Origin: Cyanobacteriota bacterium
Lineage (GTDB): Bacteria > Cyanobacteriota > Cyanobacteriia > PCC-6307 > Cyanobiaceae
Assembly: GCA_046052125.1 (NCBI GenBank)
Contig: JBJOMY010000003.1
Span: 128,001-192,000 of the forward strand
DNA length: 64,000 nt
Direction: 5' to 3'
Under the pieces are notes generated by a model that saw only the letters and a list, made by a program, of their open reading frames with translations, made no database searches and was not told the DNA's origin. Position 1 is the stretch's first letter; each line of letters begins with the position of its first letter. Positions 28,477 through 37,494 of the stretch are shown here, one piece after another. Made by a program: the position numbers and the translations under genes.

Positions 28477-30468
28477 TTAGGCAGGCAGTGCACGCGGCAC
28501 ACCGATCGGAATTTCAGCCACACTGAAATCCTTGTGAATTGATAGGCCGTTGATGTAGCTGATCGGATCGTCTGCGTTGAAGGGAACGCCGTCGAAGAGT
28601 TCGATGGCGGTGCGCTGATACGACACGTCTTCGATGCCGAGTTCTCTGGCCGCGGTGCTGTACACCCCCACCGAGCACACCCGCTCCAGGATTTCCACGT
28701 AGTTGCGGGGGAAGGGAATCTCGCTCCAGCGGGCTAGCTGGCTGAGAATCCAGAGGTGTTCTGTGCGGCTGGGGCGATTCAGGCCGGCACCGAAAAACAG
28801 GGTGTGAGGTTCGTTCTTGTGCTCCTCGCCTGAGGCCTGGGCCACACCGAAACGGATTAGCTCCCGCTTCATGCCGAGATAGCGCCGATCGCTCAGCAGC
28901 TCGCTCAGTTCATCCCAGTGGTTGGGATCGGCGCAGTAACGGCAGGCCTCCAGCAGTGCCTTCGTGAGGGCGATGTGCGTGTTGGGGTAGGCCAGGGCCC
29001 AGTCCTCTCGCACGCCGAGCACCTTGCCTGGGTGGCCAGACCAGATCTCGATGTCGCCTACGATCGGGAAGCCGTGGCCTTCTCGGTCGGCCCGCACATT
29101 CCAGGGCTCACCCACGCAATACCCATCAATGGAGCCGTCCTTGAGGTCGGCCAACATCTGGGCAGGCGGCAGGTTCTGCAGCTTCACATCGTGATCCGGA
29201 TCGATCGCGTTGGAGGCGAGCCAATAGCGCAGCAGCAGGTTGTGCATCGAGGCCGGATGCACGATCCCGAGGGTGTGGGGTTCGCGGTTGTTCCGCAGCA
29301 GGTAGTCGCGGTAGTTGGCCACGCTGTTCACCCCCAGCTCCGCCAGGCGGCTGGCCAGGGTGATGCCGTTGCCGTTGCGGCTCAGGGTGAGGGCCGTCAC
29401 GATCGGGGTTGGATCGCCGCCATGGCCACCGGCTGTCATCCAGGTGGGCATTCCCGATGGCATCAGGGCGCCATCGAGGGTGCGATCCAGCAGCCCGTCG
29501 GTCACGCCGCGCCAGCTGGTTTCGCGCACGAGTTGCACCTCATCGAGGCCGTGCTTGGCGAAAAACCCTTTGGCCTCCGCCACGGCCATCGGAGCACAGG
29601 CCGCGAGAGGGATGAAGCCCAGATCGAGATTCACCTTTTCGAGGCCATGGCGAGCCAGCACCTGATGGGGCTTGGCCTGCCACTGCTTCACCCGCTTCTG
29701 GCGGTTGAGGAAATAGATGATTTCGGAGCGCAGGCTGTAGTAGCTGGGGTGGTGCACCACCTCGAGGCGTTGGCGGGGGCGGGGGATGTCCACCTCGAGA
29801 ATGCCGCCGATCTTGGATCCGGGGCCGTTGGTGAGCATCACGATCCGATCCGAGAGCAGCACGGCCTCGTCCACGTCGTGGGTCACCATCACGGCGGTGA
29901 GTTCGTGCTCATTGCAGATCTGCATGAGCTTCTCCTGCAGATTGCCCCGGGTGAGTGCATCCAGTGCACCGAACGGTTCATCCAGCAGCAGCAGCTTCGG
30001 CTTGATCGCCAATGCCCGTGCAATCGCCACCCGCTGGCGCATGCCACCGGAGAGTTGCAGCGGTGGCTTATCAGCTGCGTGAGCCAAGCCCACCATGTTG
30101 ATGTGCTCCTCCACAACCTCATCGCGTTCCTTGCGTTGGAGGTCGGGCATCACCTCATCCACGGCGAGAGCGATGTTTTCCCGCACGCTGAGCCAGGGCA
30201 GCAGCGAGTAGTTCTGGAACACCACCATCTTGTCCGGCCCGGGCCGGCGCACCGTTTCACCATCGAGCAACACGGTGCCATCGCTGGGCAGATCAAGCCC
30301 GGCGATCATGTTGAGCAGCGTGCTCTTGCCGCAGCCGGAGTGGCCGATCAGCGAGATGAATTCACCCTTGCGGATGGAAAGGTCGATTCCCTTGAGGGCG
30401 AGATAGGTGCCGCCCCCATTGAGTGGGAATGTTTTGGCGACATCCTGAACAGCAACGAGAGCGGTCAT
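28477..30468 (-). CDS. cmpC: BCT1 ATPase with C-terminal NrtA/CmpA-like regulatory domain
   Basis: ABC domain fused to LEKVNLDLGFIPL...SMHNLLLRYWLA...GEPWN. Confidence 0.87.
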   Translation of the reverse strand: MTALVAVQDVAKTFPLNGGGTYLALKGIDLSIRKGEFISLIGHSGCGKSTLLNMIAGLDLPSDGTVLLDGETVRRPGPDKMVVFQNYSLLPWLSVRENIALAVDEVMPDLQRKERDEVVEEHINMVGLAHAADKPPLQLSGGMRQRVAIARALAIKPKLLLLDEPFGALDALTRGNLQEKLMQICNEHELTAVMVTHDVDEAVLLSDRIVMLTNGPGSKIGGILEVDIPRPRQRLEVVHHPSYYSLRSEIIYFLNRQKRVKQWQAKPHQVLARHGLEKVNLDLGFIPLAACAPMAVAEAKGFFAKHGLDEVQLVRETSWRGVTDGLLDRTLDGALMPSGMPTWMTAGGHGGDPTPIVTALTLSRNGNGITLASRLAELGVNSVANYRDYLLRNNREPHTLGIVHPASMHNLLLRYWLASNAIDPDHDVKLQNLPPAQMLADLKDGSIDGYCVGEPWNVRADREGHGFPIVGDIEIWSGHPGKVLGVREDWALAYPNTHIALTKALLEACRYCADPNHWDELSELLSDRRYLGMKRELIRFGVAQASGEEHKNEPHTLFFGAGLNRPSRTEHLWILSQLARWSEIPFPRNYVEILERVCSVGVYSTAARELGIEDVSYQRTAIELFDGVPFNADDPISYINGLSIHKDFSVAEIPIGVPRALPA

Positions 30469-30507
30469 CACGAGTAAAGATCAAGGGTTGATGGGATGCA
30501 GCTGCGC

Positions 30508-31329
30508 TCAGCGACCAGCAGCGATACGGGTTTGCAGCCAGGCCATGAAGCGATCGAGAATCAAACCGATGGCACCAATCCAGATCACACCGAGAACGAT
30601 TTCAGACACATAACCGTTCTGGTTCGCATCCCAGATGAAGAAGCCGATGCCGGGTGTGCCTGGCATCACAATCTCCGCTGCGATGATCGCCAGCCACGCC
30701 AAGCCGATGGAGATGCGCAGGCCGGTGAAGATGTAGGGAAGGGTGGAGGGGATCAGGATCTTGGTGAAGAAGCGCCGCTTGGACATCTGCAGCACCAGAG
30801 CCACATTGCGGTAGTCCTGTGGGATCTGGCGAACACCTTCAGCGGTGTTGATCAGAATGGGCCAGATCGAGGTGATGAAGATCACAAAGATGGCTGCCGG
30901 CTGGTTTTGCTGGAACAGCACCAGGGCGATCGGAACCCAGGCCAGAGGAGCCACCATCCGCAGGAATTGGAACAGCGGATCAAATGCGCTGTTCAGGCGC
31001 TTGTTCAGCCCCATGGCGATACCCACTGCAATGCCGATCACGGCGGCCAGCGAGTAGCCAATGGCCACGCGCGAGAGGCTGCTCATCGTGTGCAGGAATA
31101 GACCCTTATCGAGGCCGCCGTTGTCGAAGAACGGATAGAGCAACAGTTCGCGGGTGCGCTCCTCTGTCCAGAGGCTGAGAGGCCCGCTCAGTTTGGTGAG
31201 GCCCAGGCTGGAGCTCAGCTGCCAGAAGAGCAGAAAACCGCCAATTCCCAATAGGGGAGGCAACACGGTTTTGCGGCTTTGCTTCCACCATTGCTGCAGA
31301 TTGAAGCCGGAGGATGTGGAGCTGGTCAT
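30508..31329 (-). CDS. cmpB: BCT1 permease
   Basis: PFFDNGGLDKGLF, LRMVAPLAWVPIAL, WLAIIAAE. Confidence 0.87.
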   Translation of the reverse strand: MTSSTSSGFNLQQWWKQSRKTVLPPLLGIGGFLLFWQLSSSLGLTKLSGPLSLWTEERTRELLLYPFFDNGGLDKGLFLHTMSSLSRVAIGYSLAAVIGIAVGIAMGLNKRLNSAFDPLFQFLRMVAPLAWVPIALVLFQQNQPAAIFVIFITSIWPILINTAEGVRQIPQDYRNVALVLQMSKRRFFTKILIPSTLPYIFTGLRISIGLAWLAIIAAEIVMPGTPGIGFFIWDANQNGYVSEIVLGVIWIGAIGLILDRFMAWLQTRIAAGR

Positions 31330-31361
31330 GATCGGATCAGGTGGATGGAGTGGTAGGAAGA

Positions 31362-32699
31362 TCAGCCTTTGATCTTCAGGCTGTTGAGGTAGGCCTTGGG
31401 ATTGCTGGGGTCATACACGGTGCCGTCAAAAAACACCTCTTTGCCACGGCTTGTGCTGCGTGGGATGTCTTTCGCCGGAAGGCCCAGTTCTTTGGCGGCT
31501 TTAAGCCAGAGATCGTCGCGAACAGCCCGGTTGTTGATGGCGGTTGCTTCCTCCAGGTTGTCGAGAGTGCCGGGGTAGAACTTCCAGCGCAGCGACTCCA
31601 CCAGGAACCACAAGGTGAGGCTCTTGTAGGGATACGAGATCACCCCGCGATCACTGCTCCAATAGAGCGGTCCGAGTTTGGGATCGGTGATTGTTTTCCC
31701 TTCGGCTCCTAGTTGCAGTTGCCCCCGTAGTGCCTGCTCAAGAATGGGAACGGGCACGTTGTACCACTTGCGCGAACCCAGGATTTGAGCTGCTTCGGCC
31801 TTGTTCTGTGGTTGGTCGAGCCACATCTGGGCTTCCATCAGGCCCTTGAGCAGGGCAACGGTGGCTTTCGGGTGCTTGTTCACCCAATCGCTTCTGATGG
31901 CTAGGTATTCCTCGGGGTGAACTTTCCAGATCTGGGAGGTGCTGGCAGCCAGGTATCCGATTCCGTCGCGGCGGATGCGGGAAGGCCATGGATCTCCCGT
32001 GGAGAACGCTTCCATGGTGTTGTTGCGCATCGCCTGCAGGGTTTCAGGCGTTGGCACGGTTAGCAGTTCCACCTCCGTGTTGGGATTCACCCCACCTGCT
32101 GCGAGCCACCAGCGCAACCACATGTCCTGGTTGGCGCGGGGGAAGGTGTAAGCGGCGCGGAACTTCCGGCCTTCCTTCTCCTGGAATTGCTTGAAGAATC
32201 CAGCTTCCGGCTTGAGATTGGCCGAGAGGTTGGCCTGTTTCACGCTGTCGGCAGCAGCGATGCCGTTGCCCTGGCTCATCAGCATCGCCAGCACCACCAT
32301 CGGCACTTTCTTGCCGTTGGTGATGGCCCCTTCGCTGATCATCTGGGGCATGGGCATCTGCCACTGGCCGCCATCGATGCCCCCTCCACCCGATCCGAGC
32401 ACCACGTTGTCGCGTGCTGCAGTCCAGCTGGCTTGTTTGGAGAGGGTCACCTCAAGGCCATGCTTGGCGAAGAAGCCCTTGTGCACCCCAATCACCAGAG
32501 GTGCCGCCTCGAGAATCGGGAGGAAGCCAAGGCTGATCTGAGAGGTCTCCAGCTGGCTTTTGGCGGCTTGATTGAGGCTGAAGGTCTGCGTGTTCTCCAG
32601 AGCCTTACGGCTCGGCGGCATGCCAAAGCAGCCACTCAACAGCGCAGAGGTGATCAGGGTTCCGCCCAGCAGGCTGAGGTATCGGCGGGTGCGTGGCAT
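31362..32699 (-). CDS. cmpA: BCT1 bicarbonate-binding lipoprotein
   Basis: Lipobox LLSGC; IDGGQWQMPMP, FSTGDPWP and HPEEY are CmpA-type rather than NrtA-type motifs. Confidence 0.88.
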   Translation of the reverse strand: MPRTRRYLSLLGGTLITSALLSGCFGMPPSRKALENTQTFSLNQAAKSQLETSQISLGFLPILEAAPLVIGVHKGFFAKHGLEVTLSKQASWTAARDNVVLGSGGGGIDGGQWQMPMPQMISEGAITNGKKVPMVVLAMLMSQGNGIAAADSVKQANLSANLKPEAGFFKQFQEKEGRKFRAAYTFPRANQDMWLRWWLAAGGVNPNTEVELLTVPTPETLQAMRNNTMEAFSTGDPWPSRIRRDGIGYLAASTSQIWKVHPEEYLAIRSDWVNKHPKATVALLKGLMEAQMWLDQPQNKAEAAQILGSRKWYNVPVPILEQALRGQLQLGAEGKTITDPKLGPLYWSSDRGVISYPYKSLTLWFLVESLRWKFYPGTLDNLEEATAINNRAVRDDLWLKAAKELGLPAKDIPRSTSRGKEVFFDGTVYDPSNPKAYLNSLKIKG

Positions 32700-32948
32700 C
32701 GGTCAAATTTCGAAATGGAAGGAGTGCAGGCGCAACAAACCGATGAGGAGCATTTGCTCCTCTGAGCGCATCAAGCTGTGTGAAAAGATCAACAATGATG
32801 AACGGCCAAGCCAGGGCGAAGATCAGGGATCTTTTGGCCATTGATGGCTGGTCTTAGTCGGTGAAAACGGCTTTGCGAATGTCACCGAAGAGTAGAAGCT
32901 GGATCCATTGTGTTGGGTTGACCCAACACCCAGCGATTCCAATCGTTT

Positions 32949-32967
32949 CAATCAGTTCGGCTGATTG
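32949..32967. promoter_or_regulatory. LysR-type palindrome upstream of cmpA
   Basis: Perfect CAATCAG-N5-CTGATTG containing TCA-N7-TGA. Confidence 0.5.
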
Positions 32968-33002
32968 GCCGAGCTCTTGATACGACTGAAGCTCTGCCAA
33001 TC

Positions 33003-33039
33003 AAAAGCCCCCAGCACCGACCAAGTGGTGCTGGGGGCT
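33003..33039 (-). terminator. Rho-independent terminator of the sigma factor gene
   Basis: 13-bp perfect stem AGCCCCCAGCACC/GGTGCTGGGGGCT with an 8-nt loop and a U run on the minus strand. Confidence 0.8.
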
Positions 33040-33065
33040 GTAGGCGCCTTTGGCCGGGTGGTGTT

Positions 33066-34034
33066 TTAAGCCTCCAAGTAGTCGATCACTCGCTCAGAAA
33101 GTTCCTTCACGTTGCTGATTGCACGCCGTTCAATCCCCCGTGCGGTGTCGCGGGTCACACCCATGTTGCGTGCCACGGCGCTCAAAGGCATCGGACTTTC
33201 TGCGTTGATCCCGTAGCGGAGCCTGAGCAGCTCGGCTTGATCTGCCGGCAGATGCTTGAGCAGATCCTGGATGTCGTGCCGCATGTGGGTGCGGGTAAGG
33301 CCTTCAGCCGGTTCTTCGCCGCCGCAGGCGATGCGATCTAAAAGGCTCGTGTCGTCTTCGCTTGGGGCGCTGTCCAGGCTCAGCGGTTGCTGTGCGCGGA
33401 ACAGGGTTTCGCGGATATCCAGCTCTTTTAAGCCGGTGTGCTCTGCCAATTCGTCGAGCCGGGGGGCGCGGCCGAGTTCGTGCCACAGCGTGTGCTGGGC
33501 GCGGCGCAACTTGCTGAGGGTTTCGCCCACGTGAACGGGTAGGCGCACAGTGCGGCTTTTGGCTGAAATCGCACGGGTGATGCCTTCGCGGATCCACCAG
33601 TAGGCATAGGTGGAGAACTTGTAACCCCGTGTGGGGTCGAATTTCTCCACAGCCTTGATCAGGCCAAGGTTGCCCTCCTGGATCACGTCTTCCAGTTCGA
33701 GCTGCAGACTGCCGTACTTCCGTGCGATGGTCACCACCAAGCGCAGATTGGCAGCCACCATCCTGTTCTTGGCTCGAGCCCCCAGTCGCAGCCGGCGCTT
33801 GAGGGTGAGTGGGGTCAGCCCGGCTTCGGCTGCCCAGGTTTCTTGGCTCGGCGGATGCCCACCGGCCCGGAGGGTCAGTTCTTCCCCTATCTCGAGAAGC
33901 TGCTGGGCCGTTTGCACAGCACGGCCCAGGGTGATCTCTTCTTCATGGGTCAGCAACGGGATCCGGCCAATGGCGCGGAGGTGTTGCGTGAGAGCGTCGC
34001 AGCTGCTGCGGGTGAGCTTCTGTGGCGCAGGCAT
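33066..34034 (-). CDS. Group-2 sigma70-family RNA polymerase sigma factor
   Basis: IGRIPLLTHEEEITL, ANLRLVV, EKFDPTRGYKFSTYAYWWIR, RTVRLPVH; lacks region 1.1. Confidence 0.9.
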   Translation of the reverse strand: MPAPQKLTRSSCDALTQHLRAIGRIPLLTHEEEITLGRAVQTAQQLLEIGEELTLRAGGHPPSQETWAAEAGLTPLTLKRRLRLGARAKNRMVAANLRLVVTIARKYGSLQLELEDVIQEGNLGLIKAVEKFDPTRGYKFSTYAYWWIREGITRAISAKSRTVRLPVHVGETLSKLRRAQHTLWHELGRAPRLDELAEHTGLKELDIRETLFRAQQPLSLDSAPSEDDTSLLDRIACGGEEPAEGLTRTHMRHDIQDLLKHLPADQAELLRLRYGINAESPMPLSAVARNMGVTRDTARGIERRAISNVKELSERVIDYLEA

Positions 34035-34128
34035 CGGGGAGATGTCTGAAAGTGTCGCGGAACGGTAGTGACTGGGAAAGGCGGTTGGGTGTGGAATTGC
34101 GCCCGAGAAGAACTGCAGATTGCAGCGA

Positions 34129-34581
34129 TTAGCTCAGCTGATCGTCCACGCTCGGGGTGCGGCGGGCCAGCCGAACCAGCCAATAAGCAGCGCCAAGGCC
34201 TAAAACAATGATTCCAAATCCCGCCATCAGAGCGGGCTTGCTCTCAGTGCCGGGCGGAAGCACGATCACTTTTCGTGCCACGGCAGTAAGCGCTGTCAGC
34301 AACACCAGCTCGATTTGGATCGCCTGATCTTTGAGATAAGCAGTCACGTTCTGCAAAACCTCCAGCGCAATAAAGATCAATAGCAGGCGATCAAGAAGTT
34401 TGATCATGCTGCCGTCAAACCAATCGGTCTGCAGCTGGATGATTTTCCAGCCGCTTTGAATCAATAGCTCGATCGAGGCTACACCTACAACAATGGCTAG
34501 TAAAACGGCTAGGAGTTTGGCTAGTTGGCGTTCGTAGCTGTGGATCGCATCAAGAAAATTCTTGTCGCTGAGGAGTTTCAT
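34129..34581 (-). CDS. PsiE-like (phosphate-starvation-inducible E family) membrane protein
   Basis: LIFIALEVLQNVTAYL...ELVLLTALTAVARKVIVL; four hydrophobic segments. Confidence 0.75.
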   Translation of the reverse strand: MKLLSDKNFLDAIHSYERQLAKLLAVLLAIVVGVASIELLIQSGWKIIQLQTDWFDGSMIKLLDRLLLIFIALEVLQNVTAYLKDQAIQIELVLLTALTAVARKVIVLPPGTESKPALMAGFGIIVLGLGAAYWLVRLARRTPSVDDQLS

Positions 34582-35003
34582 TGACGCTTCCAGTGATTCG
34601 GCCCGCCATTTGAGCTGACTTTAGAAGCTGCTTTTGGCCTTTTGGTTGAAAGCCAGGAAAACTCCGAGGGATTGGAGCGCAAAGGAAGACCAAGATGGGA
34701 CTTGGGGCGGGCGGTTGGGTGAGACTTCTGACTTAGCTATCTAAGTTCTGAGCGGGTTATTGCTGACATTCTTTAGCTCGCTCGGCGTGGATCCAAGGTC
34801 AATGCACAGGCAATAAGCGCATCCAGGGTCAGGCCTTTCCCTGACGCGAGAGCTCATCCGGCTTCGCTCTTGCCTGGATCCAGAGTTTTTGTGTCTTGGG
34901 TGGTTGCGCCTCTACCGCTGGTCCGAGCTGTCCTCGGGTCTTGCTGCCCCAACCTTCAAGCTTTTCTCCCATCATTCGTCTGCGGACTGGATCCTCCTAT
35001 CGA

Positions 35004-35177
35004 ATGTCTCTGGTGTTCCTGCTGGCTTTCGTCTGGCTGAGCATGCGCACTGTGCTTTTGCTGACCCAGGTCAACCGCCACACACCGGAGTCTCAGCTGG
35101 GCCGAGCCTTCCAGGAAGAGTTGCGCAATCGTGGGCTGACACCTTGTTCTGCTGATGCTGATCGACTGATTCCTTAG
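35004..35177 (+). CDS. Possible small membrane protein
   Basis: MSLVFLLAFVWLSMRTVLLL...RAFQEELRNRGL, 57 aa from ATG 35004. Confidence 0.35.
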   Translation: MSLVFLLAFVWLSMRTVLLLTQVNRHTPESQLGRAFQEELRNRGLTPCSADADRLIP

Positions 35178-35407
35178 TGTTGTGTTTGGCGAAGCGAATC
35201 ATGGTCGGCAATCCAGAACTGGCGCGATGAATCATCCATGGCCCAGATTTTCGGTGCTGTTGTTCCTTGGTCCATTAGTCTCGAAAGTGTGTAGAACTCA
35301 ATAGGGGTAATACATTTATTGGCAATGCCTCTTGACCTACTCGTCTTGGTGAGCAATCTCGTGGCGGCTGATGAATCCACGGCCCTGTTGGTGGTGACCG
35401 TCATCAC
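35174..35407 (-). CDS. Possible small hypothetical protein
   Basis: 77 aa ORF with GGGAG upstream; atypical codon usage. Confidence 0.3.
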   Translation of the reverse strand: MMTVTTNRAVDSSAATRLLTKTSRSRGIANKCITPIEFYTLSRLMDQGTTAPKIWAMDDSSRQFWIADHDSLRQTQH

Positions 35408-35487
35408 CTTGTACTCCCTCAGTCTGCTGCGATGGTTGGATCCCCAGTGGTCTCAACTTGTTGCTCCTTAGGAGTTGAATCTCTGAC

Positions 35488-36342
35488 GTGCTTTCGCAGG
35501 GCCCCTACTCCGGTGCGCTGATCGCGCTCACCACCCGCCACGGCAAGGAGCGGGCCCTCAGCCGCGTGTTCGCTGCCGGTTTGGGGGCCCGCCTTCAGCT
35601 CTGCGATCACGACACCGATCAGCTCGGCACCTTCAGCGGGGAGATCCCGCGCCTGGCGGATGCTGCCGCCACCTGCCGCGCCAAAGCGTTGCTGGGGATG
35701 GAGGCCACCGACCTCTCGCTAGGCCTGGCCAGCGAGTCGAGCTTTGGGCCCCATCCCGCCATGCCGATGCTTCCCGTCGGCCAGGAGCTTTTGCTCTTTC
35801 TGGATCAGGAGCGTGATCTCTGCCTGATTGAGCAACGGCTGGAGTGGCGTACCAACTACAGCCATCTCCTGCTGGAGCCCGGGGTTTTGCCCGATGCCTG
35901 GCTGCGGCAAGTGCGCTTTCCTTCCCACGCGGTGATCGCCCGGCCTTTGCTGCCGAAAGCGGGGTGCTTGTTCAAGGGGTTGAGCAGCCACGAAGCGCTC
36001 GCTGAGGCGATGGTGTGCTGCCGTTTGGCTGACCCCGATGGGCGCGTGTGGCTTGAAACCGATATGCGGGCGCATTGCAATCCCACCCGCATGCGCTCCA
36101 TCCGCCGGCTCGGCGTAGCGTTAGTGCGCCGCTTGCAAACTCCTTGCCCGGAATGCGGCAGCCCCGGTTGGGGGGTGATCGATACGCAAGCCGGATTGCC
36201 CTGCAGCGAGTGCGGCACGCCCACCGAGCTCACCCTTTCCGAGATCTGGGGTTGCGAAACCTGTGGCGTGCGTCGAAGCCAGCCGCGCCGGGATGGTCGG
36301 CTCAGCGCTGAAGCAGGCCAGTGCCCTTGGTGTAATCCCTAA
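35488..36342 (+). CDS. DUF6671-like Cys-rich protein
   Basis: TRHGKE, DTDQLGTFSGEIPR, SFGPHP, ETDMRAHCNPTRM; four CxxC motifs ending CPWCNP. Confidence 0.75.
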   Translation: MLSQGPYSGALIALTTRHGKERALSRVFAAGLGARLQLCDHDTDQLGTFSGEIPRLADAAATCRAKALLGMEATDLSLGLASESSFGPHPAMPMLPVGQELLLFLDQERDLCLIEQRLEWRTNYSHLLLEPGVLPDAWLRQVRFPSHAVIARPLLPKAGCLFKGLSSHEALAEAMVCCRLADPDGRVWLETDMRAHCNPTRMRSIRRLGVALVRRLQTPCPECGSPGWGVIDTQAGLPCSECGTPTELTLSEIWGCETCGVRRSQPRRDGRLSAEAGQCPWCNP

Positions 36343-36400
36343 CCCCTTCGCCAATTGCACTGTGGCCAAGGTCAGAATGGCGCTTCATGTGCAGGCCTGA

Positions 36401-37486
36401 ATGCCCTACGCCTTGAGTGCTGTTGAAATCGTTGCCGGCATTTTGTTGCTGTTCGGCGGCGGTGAATTATTCGTTGCTGGATCTGTAGCGCTCTCACTGC
36501 TATTCGGCATTCCGCAGATCGTGATTGGTCTCACGGTTGTGTCGATGGGCACCAGTGCCCCGGAATTGTTCGTGAGTTTGCTCTCCACGATTCAAGGGGG
36601 CTCTGCTGGCGATGCCATTGCGGTGAGCAACATCGTGGGCTCTAACATCTTCAATGTGTTAGTGGTGCTCGGTGCCAGTGCAGCCGTGATGCCGCTGCGC
36701 GTGAAGAGTCGTTTGGTGCGGCGCGATGTGCCCCTGCTGCTTGGGGTGTCGATGGCCACCTGGGGTATGGCCTCCGGCGGACGCATCACCTGGGTGGCTG
36801 GCCTGGCCCTGATCACTGGCACGGTGATCAACTTGCTCTGGGAAATCCGCAGCGCCAAGGAAGAGCCTTCCGAAGCCTCGGACAATATGGATACAGAAGG
36901 AGCAGCTCCTGCGCCTGTTGCGGCTGCGAAGTTGGCCGCGGGGCTGGGCCTGCTCGTGCTCGGTTCTCAGGTGCTGGTGAAAGGTGCCATTGCTGCGGCC
37001 CAGGGGCTGGGCGTGAGTGAAACCGTGATTGGTCTCACCATCGTGGCGGCGGGAACCTCCATGCCCGAGCTGGTGACCTCTCTGGTGGCCGCCTACCGCG
37101 GCAAGGCCGATCTGGCCATCGGCAACGTGGTGGGGAGCAACCTGCTCAACCAATTAGTGATTCTTGGTTTGTGCGGCTTGGTTTCCGGTGAGCGGGGATT
37201 GGGCGTTGATCCGGTGATGCTCGCCCGCGATTTCCCGATCATGGTGGCCACCACCCTGGCCTGTCTGCCGATCTTCTGGACCGGTGGCGTGATCACGCGC
37301 CTAGAGGGCTGGATCTTGATCGCTCTGTATGGCGTCTACGTCATCGAGCAGATTCTCACCAGCACCGCTTCCTCGGTGAGTGATGAGTTCCGACTGCTCG
37401 TTTTAGTTGGCGTGATCCCTGCGGTTCTGGTGTTCCTGGTGTGGACGGCGCTCCGCTGGAAGAGCAAGCGCCATCAGCTGGTCTGA
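36401..37486 (+). CDS. Calcium/sodium antiporter (CaCA, YrbG-like)
   Basis: Two alpha repeats: GTSAPE...NIVGSNIFN and GTSMPE...GNVVGSN. Confidence 0.9.
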   Translation: MPYALSAVEIVAGILLLFGGGELFVAGSVALSLLFGIPQIVIGLTVVSMGTSAPELFVSLLSTIQGGSAGDAIAVSNIVGSNIFNVLVVLGASAAVMPLRVKSRLVRRDVPLLLGVSMATWGMASGGRITWVAGLALITGTVINLLWEIRSAKEEPSEASDNMDTEGAAPAPVAAAKLAAGLGLLVLGSQVLVKGAIAAAQGLGVSETVIGLTIVAAGTSMPELVTSLVAAYRGKADLAIGNVVGSNLLNQLVILGLCGLVSGERGLGVDPVMLARDFPIMVATTLACLPIFWTGGVITRLEGWILIALYGVYVIEQILTSTASSVSDEFRLLVLVGVIPAVLVFLVWTALRWKSKRHQLV

Positions 37487-37494
37487 TCCCGGGA

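Noticed and set aside
27611..32699. Nitrate transporter nrtABCD
   Set aside because: The binding protein has CmpA-type motifs (GGQWQMPMP, TGDPWP) and no nirA/narB is nearby.
32605..32841. 78-aa ORF upstream of cmpA as a leader peptide
   Set aside because: Overlaps cmpA out of frame by about 95 nt with no motif or clear RBS; more likely untranslated.
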